Part shown: positions 1-9,115 of the stretch, one piece after another
Position numbering within the stretch: the first letter of the stretch is position 1
How the letters are laid out: every line of letters starts with the position of its first letter
Program-made: the position numbers and the translations under genes
The notes under the pieces: generated by a model
The model's input: only the letters and a program-made list of their open reading frames with translations
Databases searched by the model: none
What the model was told of the DNA's origin: nothing
Assembly (NCBI GenBank): GCA_963755025.1
Contig: CAVWIH010000019.1
Location: 51,469 to 115,468 of the forward strand
Length of the DNA: 64,000 nt
Direction of reading: 5' to 3'
Source: an uncultured Actinomycetes bacterium
Lineage (GTDB): Bacteria > Actinomycetota > Thermoleophilia > UBA2241

Positions 1-160
1 CGAGCGGGCCTTCGCGGCCGCCTTTGCCGGCGGCGTGTTCGTCGGCCAGCTGCGCACCAGGCTGGCGTTGCCCGGCTTTGCCGCCGAAGGGCCCCGCGCC
101 GCCGCCGCGGCGCTGCTCGAGCTGATCGATCAGATCACGAAAGGAGAGGCACGTACGTGA
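1..160 (+). CDS. 3' end of a protein of unknown function (truncated by the window)
   Basis: Frame 2 is open from the window edge (ERAFAAAF...ITKGEART*). Its TGA overlaps the purC GTG (GTGA coupling). Confidence 0.6.
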   Translation, partial: ERAFAAAFAGGVFVGQLRTRLALPGFAAEGPRAAAAALLELIDQITKGEART

Positions 161-1032
161 AGGCGCTCTATGAGACCAACGAGACCGACCTGGAGCTCGT
201 GAGTCGCGGCAAGGTGCGCGATGTCTACGCGCTCGGCGACGACACGCTGGTGATCGTCGCCACCGACCGCATCTCGGCGTTCGACGTGATCCTGCCGACG
301 CCCATCCCCGGCAAGGGCGAGGTGCTCACCCAGCTCTCGAACTTCTGGTTCGAGCGTACGCGCGACATCATCGCCAACCATGTCGTCGACCCCGAACCGT
401 TCGCCAACCGACCCGCCAAGGCGCATCTCCAGGGCCGTTCGGTCGCGGTGCGGCGCTGCGAGGCGCTGCCCATAGAGGCCATCGTGCGCGGCTATCTCAC
501 CGGCTCCGGCCTCAAGGACTACGAGCGCAGCGGCCAGGTCTGCGGCATCGACCTGCCTCCCGGCCTGGTCGACGGCAGCCGGCTGCCCGAGACGATCTTC
601 GCGCCCTCGACCAAGGCGGCGCTGGGCGCCCACGACGAGAACATCGCCTTCGATGCGGTGGCCGGCCTGATCGGCCCCGGCCTTGCGGCGCAGGTGCGCG
701 ACGTGGCCGTGGCGCTCTACGAGTGGGGCGCTGCCTACGCCCTCGAGCGCGGCATCATCATCGCCGACACGAAGTTCGAGTTCGGCCTGCTCGACGGCGA
801 GCTCCTGCTGATCGACGAAGCCCTCACCCCCGACTCGTCGCGCTTCTGGCCGGTCGACGGCTACGAGCCGGGACACGCCCAGCCCAGCTACGACAAGCAG
901 TTCGTGCGCGACTACCTCGAGACGCTCGACTGGGACAAGAAGGCCCCGGGCCCCGAACTGCCGCCCGACATCGTGGACCGCACCGCCGCCAAGTACGCCG
1001 AGGCCCAGCGCCGCCTCACCGACAGGTCGTAG
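157..1032 (+). CDS. purC: Phosphoribosylaminoimidazole-succinocarboxamide (SAICAR) synthase
   Basis: Motifs RGKVRDVY, TDRISAFD, IADTKFEFG, DEALTPDSSRFW, YDKQFVRD; AAGGAGAGG RBS upstream. Confidence 0.97.
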   Translation: MKALYETNETDLELVSRGKVRDVYALGDDTLVIVATDRISAFDVILPTPIPGKGEVLTQLSNFWFERTRDIIANHVVDPEPFANRPAKAHLQGRSVAVRRCEALPIEAIVRGYLTGSGLKDYERSGQVCGIDLPPGLVDGSRLPETIFAPSTKAALGAHDENIAFDAVAGLIGPGLAAQVRDVAVALYEWGAAYALERGIIIADTKFEFGLLDGELLLIDEALTPDSSRFWPVDGYEPGHAQPSYDKQFVRDYLETLDWDKKAPGPELPPDIVDRTAAKYAEAQRRLTDRS

Positions 1033-1081
1033 CCGAGACGGATCGTCACGCCACAGCCGAGCTAGACAGGGAGGCGCGCGC

Positions 1082-1600
1082 ATGCGCCTGAGCCGAGCGA
1101 CCTTCTGGGGCGCCGTGGTGCTCACGATCGTGCTGGTCGGGGTGGGCATCTGGTTCTACGTGCGCGACGACTACCCGTTCCAGATCGGTTCGAGTGAGAT
1201 CACCGGGATGGTGTATCACTCGGTGGCCTCGGGTCGCCCGGTGGCGGGCTACGTCGGCAACCCTCCCGCCGAGCTCGCCACCTGGATCAGCGGCATGGAG
1301 GAGACCTCGACGCCCGAGTCGTCTCCGGCCACCACGGTCGTGACGATCGTGCGCTCCGACGGACCGTCGCTGCGCATCGCCATGGACGGGTCGCGCGGCT
1401 ATGCGAGCTGGGTGAGCGCCGACGGCACGGCGACGCCGGCGGTCGGCCTGCATCTGAACGAGTCGTTCGTCTGGTACGTGCGCGGCGTGGGCGACGCGTT
1501 CGCCACGACGCGCCACGGCGTGACGCCTCGCACGGCCCCGAGCGCCACCGGCGCCTCGCCCCGGGCGAGCGTGTCGCCACAAGGGAGCGCGTCGCCCTGA
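1082..1600 (+). CDS. Hypothetical protein with an N-terminal membrane anchor and a Ser/Pro/Ala-rich tail
   Basis: GGGAGG RBS, ATG, one hydrophobic helix (FWGAVVLTIVLVGVGIWFY), GC-skewed third codon positions. Confidence 0.65.
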   Translation: MRLSRATFWGAVVLTIVLVGVGIWFYVRDDYPFQIGSSEITGMVYHSVASGRPVAGYVGNPPAELATWISGMEETSTPESSPATTVVTIVRSDGPSLRIAMDGSRGYASWVSADGTATPAVGLHLNESFVWYVRGVGDAFATTRHGVTPRTAPSATGASPRASVSPQGSASP

Positions 1601-1636
1601 GCGAGCGCGTCGCCCTGAGCGAGCGCGTCGCCCTGG
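1565..1636. repeat. 18-nt tandem repeat, 4 copies (consensus GCGAGCGCGTCGCCCTGA), spanning the stop codon of the upstream ORF
   Basis: Units at 1565-1582, 1583-1600, 1601-1618 and 1619-1636, read directly. Confidence 0.85.
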
Positions 1637-1874
1637 GCCAACACTGCGCGACCGAGCTTTCTCGCCAAGAAGCGCCTCGCCGCGAACGAGCCTGTCGCCC
1701 CAGGTGGACGCTCCGCCGAGGCCCCGATCCGGGCCTGCGGTCCCCAGAGTACGAGGCGGGCTTGGGCTGCCCCGCGGCTGGGTAGAAGACGCCTTGCTCG
1801 CGAGCGCCGTGGGCCGGCCATGCACTGCCGGCGCTCCGCCGGGCGATCCGCCGAGATCAAAGAAGGAGGGCACC

Positions 1875-2294
1875 GTGCTGAAAGGCTTCAAGGAGTTCAT
1901 CTTACGCGGCAACGTGGTCGACCTGGCCGTGGCGGTGGTCATCGGCGCGGCCTTCGGCGCGGTCATCACGGCCTTCGTCGCCGACATCATCACGCCGCTC
2001 ATCGCGGCCATCTTCGGCAAGCCCGATTTCTCGGCGCTGACGTTCACGATCAACCACAGCACGTTCAAGTACGGCTCGTTCATCAACGCCGTGATCGCCT
2101 TCGTGCTGATCGCGGCCGCGGTCTACTTAGTCATCATCGTGCCGATGAACTCGATCGCCGCCAGGCGCGCCCGTGGCGAAGGTCCGCAGGACCCCACGAC
2201 CAAAGAGTGCCCGCAGTGCCTGAGCGAGATCGCCATAGGCGCGCGGCGCTGCCCGCACTGCACCTCTGAGCTCGCCCCGGCGATCGGCGGCTGA
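1875..2294 (+). CDS. mscL: Large-conductance mechanosensitive channel with a C-terminal zinc ribbon
   Basis: FKEFILRGNVVDLAVAVVIGAAF motif; AAGGAGG RBS before the GTG at 1875; C-terminal CPQC-x9-CPHC. Confidence 0.96.
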   Translation: MLKGFKEFILRGNVVDLAVAVVIGAAFGAVITAFVADIITPLIAAIFGKPDFSALTFTINHSTFKYGSFINAVIAFVLIAAAVYLVIIVPMNSIAARRARGEGPQDPTTKECPQCLSEIAIGARRCPHCTSELAPAIGG

Positions 2295-2303
2295 GGCTCG
2301 CCG

Positions 2304-2385
2304 GACCGGTCGACCCCGAGACCAGTAGACCGCAAGACCGGTCGACCGCGAGACCAGTAGACCGCGGACTGGTCGACCGCGAGAC
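2304..2385. repeat. 16-nt tandem repeat, 5 copies, alternating A/B units (GACCGGTCGACCGCGA / GACCAGTAGACCGCAA)
   Basis: Units at 2304, 2320, 2336, 2352 and 2367, between convergent genes. Confidence 0.85.
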
Positions 2386-2502
2386 GGCAGGCCGCGGGGC
2401 GGAGGGCCGCGCGCTTTGCGCCTGGCCTGCCGCCCCGCTCTGCTGTTGTGCCGGGAACGAGGCGCCGCGGCGTCGACGGAGGCGTCGGGACTCGATCGCG
2501 CG

Positions 2503-3661
2503 TCAGGGCACCAGCTTGTAGATCTTGCCGTCCAGGCTCGACAGGAAGAGCTCGCCCTTGGCGTTCTGTCCGAACGAACTCACGTTGGGCAGCTTCTGCG
2601 AGATGCCGGTCAGGATGTGCGCGGCGGCCCCCGGGCTGGTCTTGAACCAGACGCGGGCGGTGCCGTAGTCGGCGAACAGGTAGTCGCCCTTGAGGGCCGG
2701 GATGGCGCTGCCGCGGTAGACGTAGCCGCCGATCACCGCGTCGCCGACGGCGTGCGAGTACTCGCTCACCGGATAGACGAGGCGCGTGCGTACGATCGCC
2801 TGCGGCTTGTAGACGTGGTCGCCCTCGTAGTAGCTCCAGCCGAAGTTGGTGCCGGCCGTCGGTGCCGGCCTTCAGGAAGTCGATCTCTTCCCACTTGTCC
2901 TGGCCGACGTCGCCGATCCACAGGTTGCCGGTCGCCGAGTCGAACGAGAAGCGCCAGGGGTTGCGCAGGCCGTAAGCGTAGAGCACCGGCGTGGGCGACG
3001 CGCTCGAGACGTCCATGGTCCAGATCTTGGCATAGGGCACGTTCACGTTCTGGCCGTAGAGGTTGGGGTCGCCCTCGCCGCCGCCGTCACCGACGCCTAT
3101 GTAGAGCCGGCCGTCGGGGCCAAAGGCCAGCTGGCCGCCGTTGTGGTTGGCGTGGGCGTGGTGAGCCACGGTCCACAAGACCTTCGCCGAGCTCGCGTCG
3201 GCCACGTTGGCGTTAGAGCTGACCGTGTAACGCACCACCTTGATGTCGCCGTTGCGAGCCGTGTAATAGACGTAAAAGCGGCCGTTGGTCGCGTACGCCG
3301 GGTCGAAGGCGACCGAGAGCAGCCCCTGTTCGGTGCCCGCCGACACGCGGCTGTGCACGTTCAGGAACGGCTTGGCGAGCAGCTTGCCGTTGAGCAGCAC
3401 CCTGATGTAGCCGGTCTTCTCGACGATGAACAGCCGCCGCGAGTCGACTGGCGACGCCGTCAGGGCGAGGGGCTTCGACAGGTCCGAGACCACGAGATGC
3501 AGGCGCACCGTGGGCGCCTTGACGGCGTTGGCGGCCGTCGGGGTCGGGGTCTGGGCTGCCGCACGGTCGCCGGCGCCGATGGCTACCAGTGCGGCGGTGG
3601 TAAGGGCGGCGGCGGCCACGACTGCGACCGCGGCCCGTACGAGCGATCTGCGCGCTCTCAT
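2503..3661 (-). CDS. Secreted PQQ-dependent sugar dehydrogenase (glucose/sorbosone dehydrogenase family), frameshift near 2860
   Basis: Signal peptide; motifs EQGLLSVAFDP, NHNGGQLAFGPDG, YGLRNPWRFSFD, GDVGQDKWEE. The C-terminus (VIGGYVYRG...YLFADY) lies in ORF 2503..2769. Confidence 0.88.
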
Positions 3662-3759
3662 GCTTCACCTCGGAGGTCGGCTACGGGGGATGGTCGCAAG
3701 GTGCCCGCGAAGCGCCCGGGGTAAGCGCGGCCGGCGGGGGGTGGAGGCGACGGCAGAAG

Positions 3760-4716
3760 TTAGAGGTAGCGCTCGCGGAACGTGACCGCGGCGGCCTGCT
3801 CGGCGGTGGCGATGAGCAGCCGCAGGCGCTGCAGCATGGCGTCGTCGACGCGCAGGGCGTGATCGTCGACCGCGGCGACCGCCACGATGCCGCGCACGCT
3901 GCTCGTGAGGAACATGGCGTCGTCGGCGCGCAGGTCGGCCACGCGTCCGTAGGCTTCGACTACGGCGATGCCGTCGGCCTCGGCGACCCGTTCGAGCGCG
4001 GCGCGCATGACGCCCGGCAGGATGGCGCCTTCGGCCGGGGTGGTGACCAGCGCCCCGCCGCGCGCCAGGAAGATGTTCGAGGTGGCGCCCTCGAACATGC
4101 GGCCCTCGTCGTCGACGAAGATGGCGTCGTCGGCGCCGGCGGCGAGCGCCGCGCGCTGCGCCAGGTACGATTGCATGAAGGTCATCGCCTTGAGCGCGCC
4201 GCTCACGCGGATGCCGCGGTGCGAGATGACGCGCAGTGGCCGCGTGGGCTGCTCGCGCACGTCGTTGCGGATGAGGACCGAAGGCTCGCCCCAGGAGGCG
4301 CCGCCGGTGACCAGCACGCGGCAGCCGCCGTTGGCGATGCCGCCCGCGGCCGCGAGAGCTCGACGATGGCACGGGCGATCGTGGCCCGGTCCCACGGCAC
4401 GGCGATCTCGAGGACCTCGAGCCCCGACTGCAGGCGGTCCATGTGCTCGTCGAAGAACACCGGCACGCCGGCGGCGAGCTTGAAGGTCTCGTACAGGCCG
4501 ATGCCGTGCGTGACGGCGCGGTCGAGCGCCGGCACGACGGCTTCGCGTTCGGGCAGCAGGACGCCGTTCAGGCTGACCAGGGGCGCGGCCGCCGGGCCTG
4601 CGGGGCCGGCCGCGGCGGCGCTCGGCGAGGCTGCGGCGCCGGCCCGCGCGCGCGGCCGCGCGCGCCGGGCGCCGCGCGCCGCGTCGGCGCTGACCGGTCG
4701 GCTCGCTAGAAGTCAT
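3760..4716 (-). CDS. PLP-dependent aminotransferase class IV (IlvE/PabC/Dat-like), frameshifted
   Basis: HGIGLYETF and EHMDRL in one frame; LKAM, EGATSNIF, ILPGVMR and FLTSSVRG in another. Start uncertain. Confidence 0.85.
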   Translation of the reverse strand: MTSSEPTGQRRRGARRPARAAARAGRRRSLAERRRGRPRRPGGRAPGQPERRPAARTRSRRAGARPRRHARHRPVRDLQARRRRAGVLRRAHGPPAVGARGPRDRRAVGPGHDRPCHRRALAAAGGIANGGCRVLVTGGASWGEPSVLIRNDVREQPTRPLRVISHRGIRVSGALKAMTFMQSYLAQRAALAAGADDAIFVDDEGRMFEGATSNIFLARGGALVTTPAEGAILPGVMRAALERVAEADGIAVVEAYGRVADLRADDAMFLTSSVRGIVAVAAVDDHALRVDDAMLQRLRLLIATAEQAAAVTFRERYL

Positions 4717-6064
4717 AGCGGCTGGCCTCTTCGGCTTTGAGCGTGCGGAACTTGGTGTAGTCGCGCACGAAGCCGAGACGGGCGATGTTGGTGGGGCCGT
4801 TACGGTGCTTGGCGATGTCGACCACCACGACGCCCTTGGCGTTTTCGTCGCGCGGCTCGTAGATGAAGATGACGAGGTCGGCGTCTTGTTCGATTGCGCC
4901 CGATTCGCGCAGGTCGGACAGCAGCGGCTTCTTTTCGGCGCGCGACTCGACCTCGCGGTTGAGCTGCGAGACGGCCAGCACGGGCACGTCGAGCTCGCGG
5001 GCGAGCTGCTTGAGCGAGCGTGAGATGCCGGCGACCTCTTGCTGGCGGTTGTCGGCGCGGCCGTCGCCCATCATGAGCTGCAGGTAGTCGATGATCACGA
5101 GGCCCAGCTTGGGTTCGACGCGGCTCGCCAGGCGGCGCGCCTTGGCGCGCAGCTCGAAGACGTTGAGGCCGGCGGTGTCGTCGACGTAGATGGGCGCCTT
5201 TTCGAGCTCGCCGGCCACGGTGATGAGCTTGTAGTAGTCGTCGTTGGGGAGCGTCTGGCCGGAGCGCAGCCGGTGCGAGGCGACCCGCGCGGCCGAGCAC
5301 AGCATGCGCTCGCTGATCTCCTGCTTGCTCATCTCGAGGCTGAAGATGGCCACCGACTGCTGGCCGGTCATGCCGATGTTGTGGGCGATGTTCAGGGCCA
5401 GCGAGGTCTTGCCCACGCCGGGGCGCGCTGCCAGCACGATGAGGTTCGACGGCTGAAAGCCGCCGGTGGTCTTGTCGATGTCGGCAAAGCCGGTGGGCAC
5501 GCCCGAAAGCTGGGCGCCGTCGCGGATCATGTCGATGCGCGCGAAGGTCGACTTGACGAGGTCGCTCATGGCCTCGAAGTCGGCGGAGCTGCGGTGCTGC
5601 GAGATGGCGAAGACCTTCTGCTCGCAGGTGTCGAGCAGCGTGCGGGCTTCGTCGGGGTGGTCGTAGCCGAGCTCGGCGATCTCGTTGCCGACCTTGATCA
5701 ACTGGCGCAGCACGCTCGTCTCGCGCACGATCTCGGCGTACTGGCGCACGTTGGCGGCGGCCGGCACGATCTCGACCAGGGTGTGCACGAAGGCCTTGCC
5801 GCCCACCCGCTCGAGCACGCCCTGCTGTTCGAGGGCGGCCGAGAGCGTGACGGCATCGACCTCTTTGCCGAGGCCGTACATGTCGCGGATGGTGCGAAAG
5901 ACGATGCGATGCGTGTCGCGGTAGAAGTCGTCTTCGACGACGAGCTCGGTGGCGATGGGCAGTGCGTTAGGGCTCACGACCATGGCGCCGAGGAGCGACT
6001 CCTCCGCGTCTAAGTCGTGCGGCTGCATGTGACGACCGTCGCTCTGGACGATGCCGGTTGTCAC
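4706..6064 (-). CDS. dnaB: Replicative DNA helicase
   Basis: PHDLDAEESLLG, Walker A ARPGVGKTS, IIDYLQLM, LSDLRESGAIEQDAD, KHRNGP; GTG start after GAGAGGGG. Confidence 0.97.
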   Translation of the reverse strand: MTTGIVQSDGRHMQPHDLDAEESLLGAMVVSPNALPIATELVVEDDFYRDTHRIVFRTIRDMYGLGKEVDAVTLSAALEQQGVLERVGGKAFVHTLVEIVPAAANVRQYAEIVRETSVLRQLIKVGNEIAELGYDHPDEARTLLDTCEQKVFAISQHRSSADFEAMSDLVKSTFARIDMIRDGAQLSGVPTGFADIDKTTGGFQPSNLIVLAARPGVGKTSLALNIAHNIGMTGQQSVAIFSLEMSKQEISERMLCSAARVASHRLRSGQTLPNDDYYKLITVAGELEKAPIYVDDTAGLNVFELRAKARRLASRVEPKLGLVIIDYLQLMMGDGRADNRQQEVAGISRSLKQLARELDVPVLAVSQLNREVESRAEKKPLLSDLRESGAIEQDADLVIFIYEPRDENAKGVVVVDIAKHRNGPTNIARLGFVRDYTKFRTLKAEEASRYDF

Positions 6065-6101
6065 GCTGCTGCCCCTCTCTGCGGCGCCCATGGGCGCCTC
6101 G

Positions 6102-6548
6102 TCACTCGGGAACGACGATGACCTTGACCGTGGCCACGACGCCTTCGAAGACGTCGATCTCGACCATGTGGTCGCCGACGCTCTTGATGGGCTCTTCGAG
6201 GCGCACCTTGTGCTTGTCGACCTTCACCTTGCGAGCGCTCCAGATGGCGTCGGCGACGTCGGCGTTGGTGACCGAACCATACAGCCGGTCGCCCTCGCCC
6301 GCGTGGGCGCCGATGGTGACGACGGTCTTGTTGAGCGTGGCCGCGACCTCGAGCGCGTGCTCGGCGGTGCGGATCTCGCGCGCCTTGCGCTCTTCCATGA
6401 GCCGGCGGACTTCGTCGAGCCGGCCCGGGTTGGCGACTTCGGCCAGGCGCTTGGGCAGCAGGTAGTTGCGGGCGTAGCCGCGCGACACGCTGGCGAGGTC
6501 GCCCTTTTCGCCCACGCCGTCGATGTCCTGGAGCAGAATGATGTCCAC
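6102..6548 (-). CDS. rplI: 50S ribosomal protein L9
   Basis: IILLQDI...GYARNYLLPK and LYGSVT motifs; operon position. Confidence 0.97.
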   Translation of the reverse strand: MDIILLQDIDGVGEKGDLASVSRGYARNYLLPKRLAEVANPGRLDEVRRLMEERKAREIRTAEHALEVAATLNKTVVTIGAHAGEGDRLYGSVTNADVADAIWSARKVKVDKHKVRLEEPIKSVGDHMVEIDVFEGVVATVKVIVVPE

Positions 6549-6557
6549 GATCGCCTC

Positions 6558-6824
6558 CTAGCGGTCTGCGTACGGCAAGAGCGCCATCTCGCGAGCGCGC
6601 TTGATGGCCACGGTGACCTGGCGCTGGTGACAGCGGCAGGCGCCGGTGACGCGGCGCGGGCGGATCTTGCCTTTCTCGGAGACGAAGCGCTTGAGGACCG
6701 TGTTGGCCTTGTAGTCGACGTCCTCGATCTTCTGTTGACAGTAATAGCAGTAGCGGCGGCGCGCCGTGCTCGGGGCCCCGGCCCTGAGCCGCTTCTCGCG
6801 CCGCGTGCCCTGTGATGCTGGCAT
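6558..6824 (-). CDS. rpsR: 30S ribosomal protein S18 (Zn-binding C+ type)
   Basis: CYYC...VDYK...[17 protein letters not shown]...[13 protein letters not shown]. Confidence 0.97.
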   Translation of the reverse strand: MPASQGTRREKRLRAGAPSTARRRYCYYCQQKIEDVDYKANTVLKRFVSEKGKIRPRRVTGACRCHQRQVTVAIKRAREMALLPYADR

Positions 6825-6907
6825 GTCGGCCTCTCTGACCTTTTTGCGTTGCCTTCGGCCGGCGGGTGCGCCTGTGCGGGGCGGCGCACCCGCCGGCCGC
6901 GTCTAGC

Positions 6908-7354
6908 TCAGAACGGGATGTCGTCGTCGCCGGCGAAGTCGGCTTCGGCGACGTCGGCCGGCGGTGCGAACCTGGCGCCGCCGGACTCGCGCGGCGCTCC
7001 GCCCTGGGGCGCTCCGCCCTCGCGCGGCCCGATGAACTGCACGTTGTCTGCGACCACCGAGACGGCCGAGCGCTTCTGGCCGTCCTGGGTCTCCCACTCA
7101 CGCCAGCGCAGCTTGCCTTCGACGGCGACCTGGCGGCCTTTCGCCAGGTACTTGCCGCAAAGCTCGCCCTGGGAACCGAACACGTCGACGTCGAAGTAGT
7201 TGGGGCGGTCGCCCCACTCACCACTGCTCTGGTCTTTGACCCGATCGTTGACCGCGAGCCGCAAGGTGCACACGGTGGTCGAGCCCGCCTGGCGGGTCTC
7301 GGGGTCGCGAGTCAGGTTACCGATGAGGATGACGCGATTGATGGATCCGGCCAT
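6908..7354 (-). CDS. ssb: Single-stranded DNA-binding protein
   Basis: INRVILIGNLTRDPE at the start and an acidic DDDIPF C-terminus; AAAGGAG RBS. Confidence 0.97.
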   Translation of the reverse strand: MAGSINRVILIGNLTRDPETRQAGSTTVCTLRLAVNDRVKDQSSGEWGDRPNYFDVDVFGSQGELCGKYLAKGRQVAVEGKLRWREWETQDGQKRSAVSVVADNVQFIGPREGGAPQGGAPRESGGARFAPPADVAEADFAGDDDIPF

Positions 7355-7379
7355 GTCGTTCGCTCCTTTGCGGTTGGCG

Positions 7380-7676
7380 CTAGTCTTTGAGGCGCACCGT
7401 CTGGAAGCGCATGACGTCGTCGGTGATGCGCAGCACACGCTCGACTTCGGCCAGAGTGTCTGGCTCGGAGCTGAACGTGACGACGCTGTAAAGGCCTTCG
7501 CCCTGGCCGGCGATCTCGTAGGCCAGCTTGCGCTTACCCCAGTCGTCGACCGACGCGACCTTGCCCTCGCCCTTCTCGACGGTCGCCGTTAGGCGATCGA
7601 GGATCTCGGACTGCCGGCCGTCTTCGATGCCGGGATTGAGCATGAGCATCAATTCGTACTTGTTCGTGGAACTCAC
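7380..7676 (-). CDS. rpsF: 30S ribosomal protein S6
   Basis: KYELMLML...WGKRKLAYEI...LRITDDVMRF. Confidence 0.97.
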   Translation of the reverse strand: MSSTNKYELMLMLNPGIEDGRQSEILDRLTATVEKGEGKVASVDDWGKRKLAYEIAGQGEGLYSVVTFSSEPDTLAEVERVLRITDDVMRFQTVRLKD

Positions 7677-7721
7677 CTCCTGTGGTCTTGGCGGCCCCAG
7701 CCTTGCTGCTGGAGCAGGGGT
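7672..7721 (-). ncRNA. S6:S18 ribosomal protein leader (autogenous regulatory RNA)
   Basis: Minus strand reads CCCCTGCTCCAGC-AGCAAG-GCTGGGGCCGCCAAGACCACAGGAGG. This matches the known leader architecture: a hairpin followed by a CCG motif, with the 5' arm pairing to the SD of rpsF. Confidence 0.8.
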
Positions 7722-7756
7722 GAAAAACGCCGCCCCTTCGGCGGCGCAACCTCGGC

Positions 7757-7785
7757 ATGATACCAGTGCGCGGCGTCCGCCTCAA
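7757..7785 (-). promoter_or_regulatory. Housekeeping sigma promoter of the rpsF operon
   Basis: TTGAGG (7785-7780), 17-nt spacer, then TG-n-TATCAT (7762-7757). Confidence 0.65.
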
Positions 7786-7870
7786 GAATGAGGCCCGCCG
7801 ACGGTCGGGGAAAGGGCGCCGGCGGGCGAGCGAGGTGACGCACCGCCGGCGAGGCGGGGTACGACTGCCC

Positions 7871-7918
7871 GCGACGCGGGCGACGGTCAGGCCAGCGACG
7901 CGGGCGACGGTCAGGCCA
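7871..7918. repeat. 24-nt exact tandem duplication GCGACGCGGGCGACGGTCAGGCCA, 2 copies
   Basis: Units at 7871-7894 and 7895-7918; the second includes the probable stop codon of the ATPase. Confidence 0.85.
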
Positions 7919-8838
7919 GCAACGCCTGGTCGGCGGCCTCTTCGCGCAGGCAGGATCTCGCCGTCGGCGTCGAGCCCGTCGACGCCCCAGATGGCCCCGA
8001 GGCGTGGCTGACCGCGCTCATCGCTGCGCATGTGGGCCAGCGCCGGCCGCGTGTCGCCGACGAGCCGGCGAGCCTCGGGCGCGGCGACGCGCAGCTCCAT
8101 CTGGCGCAGGAGCTTGGCGACCGCCTGCTGCACGGAGTCGGCGCGGACGGTGCAGAAGCCGCCGGTGTCGGGCCGGCGGCGCAGCTCGGTGAGGAAGTAG
8201 AGGATCTCGTCGGCGTGGATCTCGCCGACGATGATGCGGCTGGGCTGCATCTTCATGGCTTTCGCGAAGATGCCGGGCACGTCGGCGTCGTCGTCGACCG
8301 AGAGGCGCACGCAGAACGAGCGGTCTTCGAGGGCGGGCAGGTGGTCGGAGTGCTCGATCGAGACGAGGCGTTCGTCGACCGAGAGGAGCTCGAGCAGGGC
8401 GTTCAGCAGGGTGGACTTGCCGGTGGCGCGGTCGCCGAAGATGAGCAGCGTGCGCCGTTCGGAGACGTAACTCGCCAGGCGCGCCGCCTGGGCGGTCGTC
8501 ATGGTGCCGCCCTGGATGAGGTCGCGCAGGGTGGTCGGCACCGGGCCGTCGGGGCTGAGCTCGCCGGCGTACATGCTCGAGGTGGTGGAGGAGAGCGCGT
8601 CGCGGCGGCTGGTGACGTACGACAGGTACGCCGTGGCTTGCGAGCGCAGCAGGACGCGCAGGGCGTCGAGGTACTCGCGCGGCTCCTCGCCGAGCGGCTG
8701 CGCGGCGAGCTCGTCGATCATGGCGTCGAGCCGCATGACCACGTCGCGTTGTATGCGGGCCATGACGTTGTTGCGCGCCCGGCGCTCCTCGCGGTCGTCG
8801 GCGCTCTCGCGAGACTGGATGATGTCGGTGTCGGTCAA
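7911..8838 (-). CDS. TadA/CpaF/VirB11-family P-loop ATPase (orphan, atypical N-terminus), frameshift near 7950
   Basis: Walker A GDRATGKSTLLNAL, Asp-box-like ERLVSIE, Walker B MQPSRIIVGEI. Removing one C restores ...GEILLREEAADQALLA* ending at 7911. Confidence 0.8.
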
Positions 8839-9115
8839 GTGGCGTCCCCTGAGCCTTCGCAGCGCAAGCGCTGCCCCACGTAGGGCCTATCGGCCGCCCG
8901 GGGGCCTTCGATAAGGGCTAGTCGGTCTGTCGCGCTCGCCGCCCCGTTTTCACCTTCGCCACGCCCTTTTCCACCATCTCTATGAGGTTATCGGCCTCGC
9001 GGGCGCGGGTACCTTCCGTGCAGCCGCAGGCGCGGTCGCCGGAGCGCGACCAGGAGCGCGCGGTCAGAAGGGATGCACCGCGCGGCCAGGGGCCGCGCGC
9101 CGTACCGGGAGGATT

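Noticed and set aside
1598-1618. Selenocysteine or read-through at the repeated in-frame TGA codons
   Set aside because: The context is a low-complexity repeat, with no redox motif and no recognisable SECIS.
8887-8995. Sigma-28-type promoters (two GCCGATA on the minus strand) upstream of the ATPase
   Set aside because: No matching TAAA/TCAAG -35 element at the expected spacing.
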